Part shown: piece by piece, positions 10,780-23,200 of the stretch
How the letters are laid out: each line of letters begins with the position of its first letter
How positions within the stretch are numbered: the first letter of the stretch is position 1
Source of the DNA: Ramazzottius varieornatus
Taxonomy: Eukaryota; Animalia; Tardigrada
Reading direction: 5' to 3'
Assembly (NCBI GenBank): GCA_001949185.1
Contig: BDGG01000001.1
Location: forward strand, 510,128-574,127
Length of the DNA stretch: 64,000 bases
The notes under the pieces: generated by a model
Told to the model about the DNA's origin: nothing
What the model saw: the letters and a program-made list of their open reading frames with translations, nothing else
Database searches by the model: none
Position numbers and translations under genes: made by a program

Positions 10780-12679
10780 GACAAGCGAATTTGAGTCTGA
10801 ATGTTTAGGCAAAGGCCTAACTTTTCTATCACACGAAAATCGAATGACTCTTTTCACGGTATAACCTGTAAACGAGTCCAGGCTTTCTCAATGTAAGGAA
10901 CAGCCTCGCCGACTTCTCCCCGTTCCAAGTGAAAGACGATCAGACGAGCTAAACCATCGAAGGTATTCTGGTCATACTTATCCATCAGATTCCTGCAACG
11001 AAAATAATGTCACAGCATGCGTTAGAAAGTGAAATCTCGTAACTTACTCAACGGTAGGTATAACGACTTTATACGCTTCGACACATCTGTCCATCCTGCC
11101 CAATCTTTCGTAGATATGGGGCAGCTCACGGTAAAGGACCGCAAGGGCCATGCTGGTTGGAGCGACCATCGGCGTGATTCGTTAACGAAGCTTTTGACGT
11201 CATCAAGCTTGATAATGAGCTGTTCTTCGGAGAGCCCGCTTAGAGGACAAGCCCTGACGGTCAGCTTCACCGTCTTATTGCCTATCAGGTCGCAGATGGG
11301 TGGATTCTTCAGCTTGACGTTACACGGGCTACAGCGGAGCTCGTAATAGCTGAGACTCGTTTCGTGTCCTTTGCGGAAGCAGTCGTAACCACACAGGGAA
11401 TACTTCATGGCTCGTCCGCAGCGAGTGCAGAGTATTTCAGAAGCCGTCAGAAACTATAAGTAATAGATTCCGTAAAGAATTTCAAAGACAGGATTTTACA
11501 AAGACTTAGGCTTCCCAACTTACTGTTCTTGTATTTGCACAGTAGTAACAGTCGATGTTGAAGGTACGTTGCGTCTTCAGCACGATCGGATTCGCCAACA
11601 GGTTTTGTGCATTTGCGGAAAAAAACCAAAAAAGCAAAACCCTCGAAGGCTCGAATGTTTTACTTGGCCAAGTATTAGGAATAAACTAAACGATTTCAGC
11701 CATCGGCAGATCGGTAGAAAAAAACGTACGAGATCGTCGTTTCAAGTGGCGCATTTTTTCGTGGTTGTTGACCGGAAGAGTGCGCCACTTACTGTCACGA
11801 TTTTGTATGTTTTTTTCTCAAGCCCTTCAGTTACTCTGCTAACCATTTCGCCGGCCCCGATGTCTTTGACAGTCTTGATCCGAAGCGACAGACCGTTGAC
11901 GGGATCTGTGACAGGGACAAACACAGCGTTTCTGTCGCACATGGGCTGGGTCGTTTTGTTCAGGAAATTAGCGTGGGCGATCGGAACGTTGACAGGTGCA
12001 TCACTCAGACTAGCGTCCTCAGGATAGAAGCACACGGTCATTCTGGCCACATCGGCGAGAGCATCTATGAAGGGACCGAACTGCCGAAGGTTGGTGGCCA
12101 TGGCGTCCGACATGGCTTCCGGGATGGAACAGGGTAACCCACAACTGTTTCCTCACTCTCGTTTCATTCCTTTCTGCGAAGAATACCGTACTCAAGTGAC
12201 CAAATGTGCATCACCAATTGTCAGAAAATAATTCATACGTTTGCGTGAAGGCAACTTCTGGTGAAGAGACGAGCGAAGTCGGTCGGTTGATCCGGGCAAA
12301 CTTTCTGAAGGATCGCCAAGAGGGGACATTCGTCTTTGTGGATAGCTTTCCAGTCCTTTTCCTGAAAGAGACTAACGTTCCAGATTTCGAACTCTCCAGC
12401 GTTTCGAAACAATACTCTTCTACGGTAAGGGGAGGAATTCACCTGACACTCGGCAGAGCAGTATCTGACGACGCGGCAACTTGTACAGCGTTGTAAGGGG
12501 ATAAAACTGCAGTGGATTTTCAGTCAAGAACTGCAGACGGTTGTGAGGTATTGGTCGAGAACGATGGCGACGGCGGCCTTGATGGTGCAGATCGTGGATC
12601 CTTCCGCGCGACGCTCCCTCATATATCCTTGCTCGTCGAACGATTTTCTCAGACTGGCATCTTCACCCGGACTCGTCAT
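10780..12679 (-). pseudogene. SMYD-like (MYND + degenerate SET + TPR-like) pseudogene, paralogue of the gene at 61414-63515
   Basis: Minus-strand exons align with the 61.4-kb gene (DQYLTTVCSS*LKIH..RCTSCRVVRYCSAECQ; DQPTDFARLF; DKYDQNTFDGLARLIVFHLER). In-frame TGAs at 12524-12526, 12153-12155 and 10854-10856, plus an apparent 1-nt frameshift near 11177. Confidence 0.8.
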
Positions 12680-14288
12680 GCTGCTTCCAAGGGAGATAAG
12701 ATGGGGCTAGTTTTCCGAGTACAGTATTGTTTGAATATGGGAAGGGCTCCGAAAGACGAAATGGGTTCGAGAAAACCACAACAAGAGGGATCAGATCAGA
12801 GTTGAGTTGATTGATCTCGAAGCGGGCAAAAGCCTTGATTTGATCGTGTGCCGCGTAACTGTAAGCTTGTATTAAGACGTCAGGTCAGGTAAGATTACAG
12901 GGCCCGGTAACCTTACTCTTGCACTAATGAGCTGGTGACTGCTGTACTTCGCCTTGCTGAAATGTGAAACACTGGAGCAAGTTGTTGATTGATTGCGTTA
13001 TCTGAAAATGCGAATACAGTCCCGGACAGAACCATGGACTTGGTTTCAGCACCTCGCAGCGCGATTTCTGGACTTTACTTTTGGTTAAAACTGTCATGAC
13101 GTCAATCCTGTCTAACCACTGACCAGATTGTTCCCAATTCTTGATCCTGTCTGTCTGGAAATAAATTCACAGAAATTTATTGCTTTTTCTTGATTTTGTT
13201 TGTTTTTCCTCATTCGCCTCTACTGGTTCTGCGGGTCTACACTCCATGTCAATGTGAAGGTACGTTCCTGTTGTTCGTTCCATTAGCAGAGTTCTCCGAT
13301 GGCAAGAAGAGGAAAGTCCTAGAACCCAAGACTGTGGTGATCGGACTGAAGACGCTGCAGCTTCATGGCGAACTAATATTTTGAAAAGGCGCTTGCTCAT
13401 GGACACTTGGTGTGCATGACGTTTGGGGGATGTCTAGAAAGGAAACCAGATCGACAAGAACAAAGAAGCTTCTGGAAACGAGAACTGGTTGACTGGTTTC
13501 CAGCTGTTATGCGACTTATGTCACTGTTGACTTTAGCGATAGCGATCAGCTGATTTCTCGCTGCCATCTTTGGACGTCCAGTCGCAAGACTCGTGCAGCC
13601 TCTAATCTTGTACTTCCGTCTTTCCCTAAAAAATTCCATGATCCACCTTCTTGAGTCCCGAATGGGAAGTCATAGATTTAGGATCTAAGAAGTGAAGGAA
13701 ACAAAGGGGACTTACAGTATTTTTCGAATTTCTCAGACAAGTCCCCTGGGGTGGCTGTATGTTGAGTAAGGGGTTCGCCCGGGTTGACCATTGGTCATAG
13801 CAGGTTTGACCATTCACGATGTGAGCTGAAGGGTAGCTCCACCCACGGTGCTGCAGCATCGCAGATCGGCCCCTTGGACTTGAGAATTTTCGCAACTTTG
13901 CGTGAAGTCTCCGAAAATATTTCCGATAGTTTTCTGCCTGTCCGTACGCAATTACTGGGAGGATTCTTGTCTTTATCATTTGGACCTTGTGGTATAGGTT
14001 TCGAAAGGTTTAAAGGTCTCTTCTCAATTGTTGTTAGGGAAGGAAGACGTGAAGTAACGGTTCCTCTCGTTCCAGGTGTATGTAAGTCGACTGTCGATGA
14101 CAGGTGTTGCTCAAGTCTGATGTTCACTCTTGGAGGATCTCTTGATGTCATCCTCAAGTCATCGTCTTAAGGTGTTCGCATCGTCTAGTGGGTAAGAAAG
14201 AAGACTTCTTGTCGTGGTGGTAGTGGTGTGTGCAAGTCAAGTGGCGAGAGTTGGTCAAGTTGTGTCCTTTGGTGTCTCATTCAAAGAA

Positions 14289-17200
14289 ATGCCTCCTTCG
14301 AAGCAAGCCAAGAAAAGTAGTGCTGATTCTAGTGCTGCCAGTGAACAACATGCCGACACCTTTCACCGTCGTCGTAGCCAGCGTCTAGCATCCAAGCCCT
14401 GTTCCACTTCACGCTCACCTTCCCCAGCCGACATCGTCCCGAAAGAAGCCAAGAAGAAGAAGAAGAAGAGCGAAGTCGTCAATCAAAATCAACCGAGCAC
14501 TTCAACCGTCTTTTCGCCACGTCGTACTCGGTCCAAAGGCCCTCGTGTTCAGCCAGTTCCCTCCGTCAAGAAACTCGTTCTACCTAGTAAACGAGCCAAA
14601 GAAGATACTAATAGTTCTTCTGAAGCTTCAGACGAGATTCCAGTCGTGAAGTCCAAGAAGTTAGCGCGATCAACCGTCACCACGAAAAATCAACCATCAA
14701 CGTCAAATCAATCTTCCAAGCCTAAAGGTAAAACTTCTTCCGTCCTCCCGCTTCACACTCCTTGAAATGTTTATTTCTGTTACAGTGGATAGCCGCAAGA
14801 CTCGTATGGGACAGAATCTAGTCAAGAGCAAGACAGTCCTTTCCGCGGAAGACAGCCAGGAAGACAACGATACACCGTCGCTGGAGTTTCCTGTTCCTTC
14901 CACCTCTGGTCCAGTCACCCGCCGTCAAGCCAAGGCCACCACAACCAAGCCTAAGGACAGCGAAGAAGTGGAGAAAGGTAGGACCAATCCAGTGGCCAAG
15001 CCCGGTAAGGAAAAAGAGAAGGACAGTAGTGCCAAGGAGGAGAAGAGAGAACGTCCAAAGCAGTACGCTATCCGCACTGGTGGACCTCCGGGTGGCCACA
15101 AGAACGTCGCCAGAAAGTCCACAGCTTCTCGGCCGACAACCGAGACTTCAGTCAATACCACAGCTCCAGCTTCATTGGCAGCCATGGCGCAGAATGGAGG
15201 AACGGGAGGCAGAACGGGCATGAGTACCGATCCATGTAAGTTCCCATTACCCATGTCACTTCGCGCAATACGTCAGTTCGTAGAATCAGCTGTTCGCTGA
15301 CATCTCCATCGTTTCATCCACCTGCGTACTCTGTCACTGTGCTGAACGCGCGTCCCGAATGTATGCAGGTGTGCCCAGTCAGTGTTTCATCAGTTCGGAT
15401 CAAGTGACGCACTGGATCAAGTGGATCGTATCTTACATCCAGCTGTCCTAACATTTGCTAACACTCTATCTGGGCTTGAAAAGACGGATAGTGTGTTTTT
15501 TACGTGAGGAAATAGGAAAATGTCTGGATATTACGGCGGCCAGTGTTTGGCAGTATGGGTTGATCAATGATTTCTTTGTTGCTGTAGCATTGGCCACCAA
15601 CATCTTCACGGCCTTGGGAGACATAGAAGCGTTGAGCGCAGCTGGAGAAGACTTCGACATTAACCGTCTACAGTCGCTGCTGGAACAGCGAGGCATTTCC
15701 TCATCGCTGTTCAGCAGTCTTGGACCGCGATTTCAGGCTATGCTGGGAAGGATTGGTAGTCAAGGAGGAGGAAGTACACAATGCTGTAAGCCCAGAGTCT
15801 TGTTGTCGCGAAGCGGTTCGATGATGGTCGATTGTGTCTTTGCAGACAACAAGTCGAACCAGCTGATAGCCAGCTTGAAGAACCCCGACAACAGCGTGCA
15901 ACTCGCAGCAGCTGCTGAGATTTGCCAGATGCTGGTGATGGGTAACGAGGACACTCTCCATGGATTTCCGATCAAGCAGGCCGTCACTGCGTTGACTGCA
16001 GTGATTTCTGGGGAGAGCAACTATGAACTGGTGAGGATGACCACTGCTAAACACTTTTCTAGTCCGAGATTTCTGCTGCGGTAGTGTAAAATGTTTTTTG
16101 CCTTGTAGGTGACGCAGTGCATTCGGGCGCTTTCATCGATGATGGATTCACTCCCTCGATCGTCTGCTGTAGTCACCACCGCTATTCCAGACTTGCTGAC
16201 GAAGCTGCAGTCCATCGAGTACATCGATGTGCTGGAACAGACCCTCGTCGCTCTGGAAATGCTGTCTCGACGTCATGCAAAGCAAATTCTTCGAGCCGTA
16301 CGTCACAGTTTACCCTTTTTAAATATTCTCGAAAGCACTTCCTGAGTCCAAGTGTCTTTGAACCAATGGAAGCTCGGCAAACGCACTCAACAGATTACTA
16401 TTTCAAGCAGCGCAGGCTTCCAGCCAATAACACGGAAAAAGTGCGCCACTTAGAAAAGCAGTCTTGTCGGGTTTGTTTACCGAGCTCCTGAATACAATGT
16501 TAAAGGCTTTTCGGAAAGGCTAAATGGCATGTGGCTCTCTTTGTAGAATGGTGTTCAATCAGTGCTGAACTACATCGAATTCTTCACGGACCCAGCAGTC
16601 CAGCGTAACGCGCTGCAGATCACGGCCAGCTGTTGCAGCAACCTCAGCGTGGAAGAGTTCGAGTTTGTCCAGCCGGTCCTGCCACTTCTCAGTCAACGCA
16701 TCAGCCTGGGAACCGACAAGAAGTGTGTAGAGTACACATGTGTCGCTTTCTCCCGAATAGCCGAGTGCTTCCACAACGATGCGGACAAACTGAGGGAGAT
16801 TGCCAGCCATGGACTGTTACCAAACATCCAACAGGTAAAAATAACCCAGTTTTCTCCAACTATTTCTGAACGATTTCAACCATTGAATGGATGCTCACAG
16901 TCGCGGACAAATCCAACAGAGTTGTTTTCCCAAGTGTCGCAAATTTCCAGAGATATTGGCTGGAAGTGTGCGCCGCATGGAAAAACGGTCTTGTGGAGCT
17001 TGCTTTTGGAATTTGGGCATTTTTTCAGCGTTTTTACTGGAAGCGTGCGCCACTTGAGGGAGCGATCTTGCCGAATGTGTTTTGTTTGGTTTCAACTTCC
17101 AATTTTCTTTTTTTCAGCTTCTGATGGGATATCCAGCGGCTATCTCCAGTCAGACCTTTATCATGGTCCTGCAGATGCTGACACACATTTGTGTGTCGTG

Positions 17201-20200
17201 TCCAGATTTGGCGGCTCACTTGCTGGACAGCAGTAAGTGAAGACATCACATTAATATTTACTTTCAGTCTAGAAGTATCAGCGAAATTTGCCCTTTTTGT
17301 CATTCCAGATATTACAGATACGCTTTTCTACCTGCTTACGGGCTCGAGTTTGCATCATAACGCGCGGGTGGAGCTGTCGAAGAGCGCAAAGTCACCACAG
17401 GAAGGCTACGAGCTGATACGACTTGTCGGGTAATGATTTCCGAAATATCCAAAAGTTGTCTGAAATTCTCTGGCGATCACGTAAAGGATTTTCTGAGTGA
17501 CTTTGATTCTTTTTGTAGGGCGTTATTGCCGAGTCTACCAACCGATGGAATATTCGCTGTGGACGACCTGCTGAAGAAGGTTGGGGCTGGGGAACTGACG
17601 GCGAAATGGTTCTGGAAGGATGATGGTAACAACTGGGTGGCTTACACCAACGCGGAAGCTGGAATTATCGAGGTAAATACCGTTGTTTGCACTTTTAGTA
17701 TTCCGTGTGTTGAATATTTTTCGTGCTGAAATTTGTAGTGAAAAATGAAGCTACCTTAAATTTCATATAATTACTTTTGGCAGTTAGCGGGAGAGCGATC
17801 GGGCTTTTTCTTGCTTTGCAGAATGCTTTCCGGACTGGGCAAGAGGACGTGATGATCGATACACCGCAAGCTCAGTACAGCATAGAGTTCAGCGGCATGC
17901 ACCAGATCAATGAAGATACGGGAACGTCCAGGGAAGTCAAACGGGAAGACATCAAGCCGTCACAACGAACGTCTCGCGGCGCCGACGTTGTAATCCGTAA
18001 GTTTCATCTTTAAATATACAAATAGCAAAATTATTTCCCGGACTGATATTCGGAATCGATCTGGTCAATATGGTTACCTTTACCAAGTGGCGTACTTTGA
18101 CAGTCATGTTGCCTGTACCGTGCGCTACTTGGAGAAAAACAATCTTGTCGTGCTTGTCGTTTTTTCCAGGTGGCGCTTGTTTCAAGTATTTCTGTTCGAA
18201 AGTGTGCGTCACTTGAAGAAACGATTGTACCGAGTGTTTTTCATTCCATGAAAGGAACAAAACGCTGCTTTCCTTTGCAGAGTCGAAAGACCCGAATGTG
18301 GCGACGTTCATCTCGTCCATCTTCAGTGTGCTGTACGAGGTGTACTGCACGTCGGCCGGGACCGCCATTCGTCACAAGTGCTCGGAAGCACTTTTGAAGA
18401 TGGTGTACCACTCCAGCCCCGAACTCCTCTACTCTGTGATGATTAATTTGCCCATTTCCAGGTAGGAAAATACCACTTCAAACGTGTTACATTTCGACAG
18501 GCGATGTGGTACTTTCTGCAGCAATATCGCCAGCAATCTGGCTACCAGTGATGTCAAGTCTGTGATATACGCTGTCCAGCTGTCGGATACTCTCATGCAG
18601 AAGCTGCCCAAGATTTTCTCCGACCATTTCCGACGCGAAGGTTCGTACCGCTTTCCGTTCTTTGGATAGTTCTAGTTCGGGGAACGAATTTACCCAGATC
18701 GTTTTCCCGAGTGGCGCACGCACATGGGTAACAGCGATCTAGACGTGCGCCTCTTAAGCTGAAGATCTGGGCGAATTAATTTGTCGGCCCCCATTCGTGG
18801 ATTTTTCGTCCTACTGAAAATTCCCCACGGAAAAGAATTTCCTGTTCTTTATACTTTCTAAATCTTTTAACACCAGAATGTCTCTCCGTTCTCAAATAAT
18901 CAAATTCGGAATATATGAATAATTTATTTCCACTTTTCGGTGTGAGCAGAATTGTTATTTGTAACTGGATTTTCTTCGAATGATCTGTAGAATGGAAAAG
19001 CCAACCCGGTAAAGGCGATCAAACTGGCAAGTTTCTGCTGTTTTTCAGGTGTAGTGTTCCAGATGAACTTGTGTGCCAAAGGTGAGAGCGTCCTCTTTAA
19101 GCACCAAGCCGAACCTTCGGTTCTTCCCGCCGAAGAGCGTCCAGCTGCCACTATGACACTGGACAACTCTTCTGCCAACTCCGCACCATCATCCTCTTCT
19201 AACGTGGAGCCGACAGCCAGCAGCAACGAAACGTCGCAAAATCGGAAGGCAGCAGCCACCACGCGACGCCAGTCACACCGTCGACAGCAACTCAGTCAAC
19301 CACCACCGGCCACTACACGCCGACGACACAATGCCGGGACAGGCAGCAGCTCTAATCCACCGTCCTCTTCGAACAATGAAGGAGGAAGCGGTGATGTTGC
19401 GAGTGGTGAAAGCTCGGGAACGAGCGCGGCCTCGACGCTGAACAAGATGGCCAGTCGGATCGCTGTGGAAGGCCGAGCCATGTTGGATCGACTATCGTCT
19501 TTGACGTAAGAACAGAATAACTCGAAAAAGTATCTTTAAAAAATTCTTCTAGAGACAAAATATTTTCAAATGATTAGGATTTCGGCAAATAACGTCGTCG
19601 AGGTTGTTCTCTCAAGTGGCACATATTTTCATTGTTACTGGTCTACAGCGTGCGCCACTTGAAAAACTCAACAGGGTTATTTCCCTAGTGGCGCCACGAT
19701 CTCAGTCAGTAACACTGAAAAACGTGCGCCACTCGTAAAAATAGCGCTGAGGAGTTTGTTTTTCAAAGTCTAAAATGAAATGTCATAATCTTTTCCGAAA
19801 ACTTCTGCAGAGAGATTTGCCTAGTAGTCTTCTGGAAGGAAACTTCAGTGAGTGCATTTCATCATCGGATAAAAAAGTTTTGAGGATTTATTTAGGCCTT
19901 TTGAAGTTGAGAAGAAAATCGAGAGGGAATTTGATTTTCTGCAAAAGTTTTGCTCTTTTACGGGATGAAAAATTTGAATTTCGGGTTGGGCTGGTTTGAT
20001 ATTCATCGGTGTTTTTGCTTGCAGCGGTAATGGGCAAGGTGGATCGGCTAGTGGTCCAGCCACTCCGCAAAGCGCTGCGGCTGGACAGGCGGTCTACCGA
20101 CAACAAGCTGCGGAGTGGATCAAGACACACGCGGCAAAGTTCTTGGCCGAACACTTTGCGGCCCTCAACAGTAGTCAGTCGGGATCTTCAGCACAGCTAA

Positions 20201-23200
20201 TGGCGGCTGTTGACAAGCTCAAGAGCGAGAAGGAAGTTTCCGCACTCAAAGAAATCCGCGAGGTGTGTTTTCGGCTGTGAAAAATCTATTTTTGGGGGAT
20301 ATATTGAGTGGCACGTTGTAGAAATCAGGGTTTTTTGTCTGTTGTTCAGCAGGCGGCTTTATTGTTTTGTACTTGTGGTGGTTCAAACGTTTCATTTGCT
20401 GTGTTCCGGCAGGTTATTTTGGACGGTCATGTCTCACCCTTCGAGGTGATTCACAGTAACCTCATTGGCACGCTTCTGCGTTATTTGACGGAGAATGAGT
20501 GGCTGGGAGAGGGTGAGACACCGTCGGCAGGAACGGTGGTAGTCAAGCGAGCTAAACGCAAGGCCCGCTGTGAGCCGAAGGGTACTTCGCGCCACCTGCG
20601 TCTCCTTCGCTTCATGCACATTTTCTTTCACTGTCCGGCCGAACACGAAGTGCTGAACAATTTCATCGATGTCTTTGACGTGTCCAACAGCATCGACTCG
20701 GTGCCGGCCTTCAAAGCGCTGGTGGCCAAACTCAACGCCTGTGTCAACCAACTGGAACAGTTTCCCGTCAGGCTGACGGACTTGACGACTAGCGGCCTGG
20801 GAGGAATAGGAACTAGCGGTAGGGGCCAACTTTTTGACTAACTGGGAGGTTGGCGGGCAAACACGACAACGCCGTTTTTCCAAGTGGCGCACGGCTCCAA
20901 TGCGTTTGGCTGGTAGCGTGCGCTGGTTGGAAAAACGATCTTGTCGAGTTTGTTTGCGCTGACCACACGAAGTGAGTTCTGGCCGAGTTGTTGCTTATTG
21001 TAGGGGGAAGACATCCGATCATGCGAGTCTTCTCGCAGAGTCAGCTCAAGTGTCAGTTGAGTCGTCATCCAGAATGTCCAGGTATCCGACAATGGCGAGG
21101 TGGCATGGTCAGGGTTGAGCCGCTGGCTCCGGTGTACACGATTGAACGCTACTTGGTGGCTAGAGGATGTGCCAGACCGGCGACTGCCGAAGAGAACGCT
21201 CTGGACACCGACGAGGTAAATACATAGCTAATGTGCTTTCGATTGGGATTTCGACTTTAATAATTTTCGCGTTTTTTCCAGGTCTCGGATGAAGATGAGT
21301 TGGACGCCATGTCGATGGCTGCCGAAGCTGGACGAGTGAATGGGCGCTACCGTCTGGAGCTTCTCTACAACAACAACGTCCTGCCCTACAACTGGAGCTT
21401 ATACCAGTGCATTCGTCACTTCTCCAGAGGCGCCGAAGAAGCGGAAGGCGACTCGGACTACCACACCGGTCAACTGGCCCTCTTCACCAACACTCACACC
21501 ATCCACTATCGACTCAACGGCGAAGAAAACGTCAGTCATGGAAGCAGTGAAGACACCTCACAAGGTAATCATTCTGTTCCACACCTCGAACGACACTCTC
21601 TGAACTTTGTCAGATTTTTTAAAAGGGCTTACTGAGTATGACGGTCATGGATGGAAATCAGGGTGGTCTGTCAGTTAGCTGTCAGGTCGTCCGGCCTACG
21701 ATACCGGCGTGATTCCTATTGTGCAATCCACTTTGTATCTGCACCTGACATCAGCCATTACAAACTGTGTTTTCTATTGGTAGCGTATGATATTGGATAT
21801 TATTAGTGTCTACAGCAGGTTTTGAGGTCGTGTATGAATTTCCGTCTTGTTTCTTAGGAGTGAAGGGTTCAGTGAAGACGGAGAAAGAAGAGAAGCAGCG
21901 TTCGGCCTACGATACCGGCGTGATTCCTGTTGTGGAATCGACTTTGGATCTGCACCTGACATCAGCCATTCCAGACTATGTGACGGTCCGGGATCCTTCA
22001 CTGGAAGGCCTGACGCTGCTGCGTGTGCTGCATGGCCTGAACCTGCACTGGTCAGAGCTGTATCAGCCACAGGCCAAGGTCATGCCGCGACTAACGGACC
22101 TGGACTTCCACAACGCCAAGCTGGTGACCAAGATGAACAGGCAACTGCAGGACCCCATGATGATCCTTACCGGCCAGATTCCCTTCTGGCTGCAGCAAGT
22201 ACCAGTCTACGCACCCTTCCTCTTCCCCTTTGAACCGCGCCTACAGTTGTTCTTCGTAACGGCTTTCGACAAAGACCGGTAATTTATTTTCTGGATATCG
22301 TTCACCGTCGTCAAAATGGAATCTATCAAAAACCACAAAATTGATTGATAAAATATATACCAACAAATTCCGGATACAAAAATGAATTCCCGAGAGGAGA
22401 GAGAAGGAGAAGAGAGTTTGATAGCGGAATCGGTGAAAGCGTGGAAAATTTTGAAAAAGAACTGCAGAGAAGAACTCATTTCGTGCATTTTTCCGCTGAA
22501 TACTTACTTTTTTCTGGTGGTTTTTTGCAGGGCGATGCAAAGGCTGCTGGATACGAATCCAGAGCTAGCGGCTAATCGGACCGCTAACCAAGCCAGCCAG
22601 AGCTCAAGCCAGATTGACCATATGACGCCTCGGATCGAGCGCAAGAAGGAGACGGTGACGAGGAAGAACTTGCTGATGCAGACACAGAGCATCATGGACA
22701 TGCACGCCCAGTCCCGCAAGTCGCTGGAAATTCAGTACCATGAAGAAGTGGGAACGGGCCTGGGACCGACGCTGGAGTTTTACTCCATGGTGTCCAAGTA
22801 CGTCAAAGCACCGAAGAAAATTAAATTTTGATGAATTAATTGGAAGTAAGTGTGAGAAATGTCAATGAAATTTAACCAGCGTTTGTTTTTTCGTCTTCAG
22901 GGAGTTTCAGAAGAGGGAGTTGGGACTGTGGCATTCGGCGTCGGACCACAAGACAACTGGCGCTTACGTCTACGCTCCTTGTGGACTATTCCCAAAGCCC
23001 ATGCCCAGCCATACGTCGAAAGCTCGAGTTGCCGAGGTTGAGGGAAAGTTTCGTCTGTTGGGCAAGTTCATGGCCAAAGCGCTGACGGACTTTAGAATGG
23101 TGAGAAAGGCTTTATTCAAATCTTTGCGAAAACTGCGCACTGAAGTTTGTTCGGTTGTGTTTCGAATGCTCTCAAATTTTATTTTTCTGCTTCTTCGGAA

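Noticed and set aside
12524-12526. Selenocysteine in a MYND CxxU motif
   Set aside because: The same gene has a TGA at a Gly position, another TGA and a frameshift. I recognised no SECIS, so a pseudogene is more parsimonious
13167-14170. Overlapping 60-128 aa ORFs upstream of TRIP12
   Set aside because: No motifs; probably promoter/5' UTR (a YY1-like GCCATCTT lies at ~13563)
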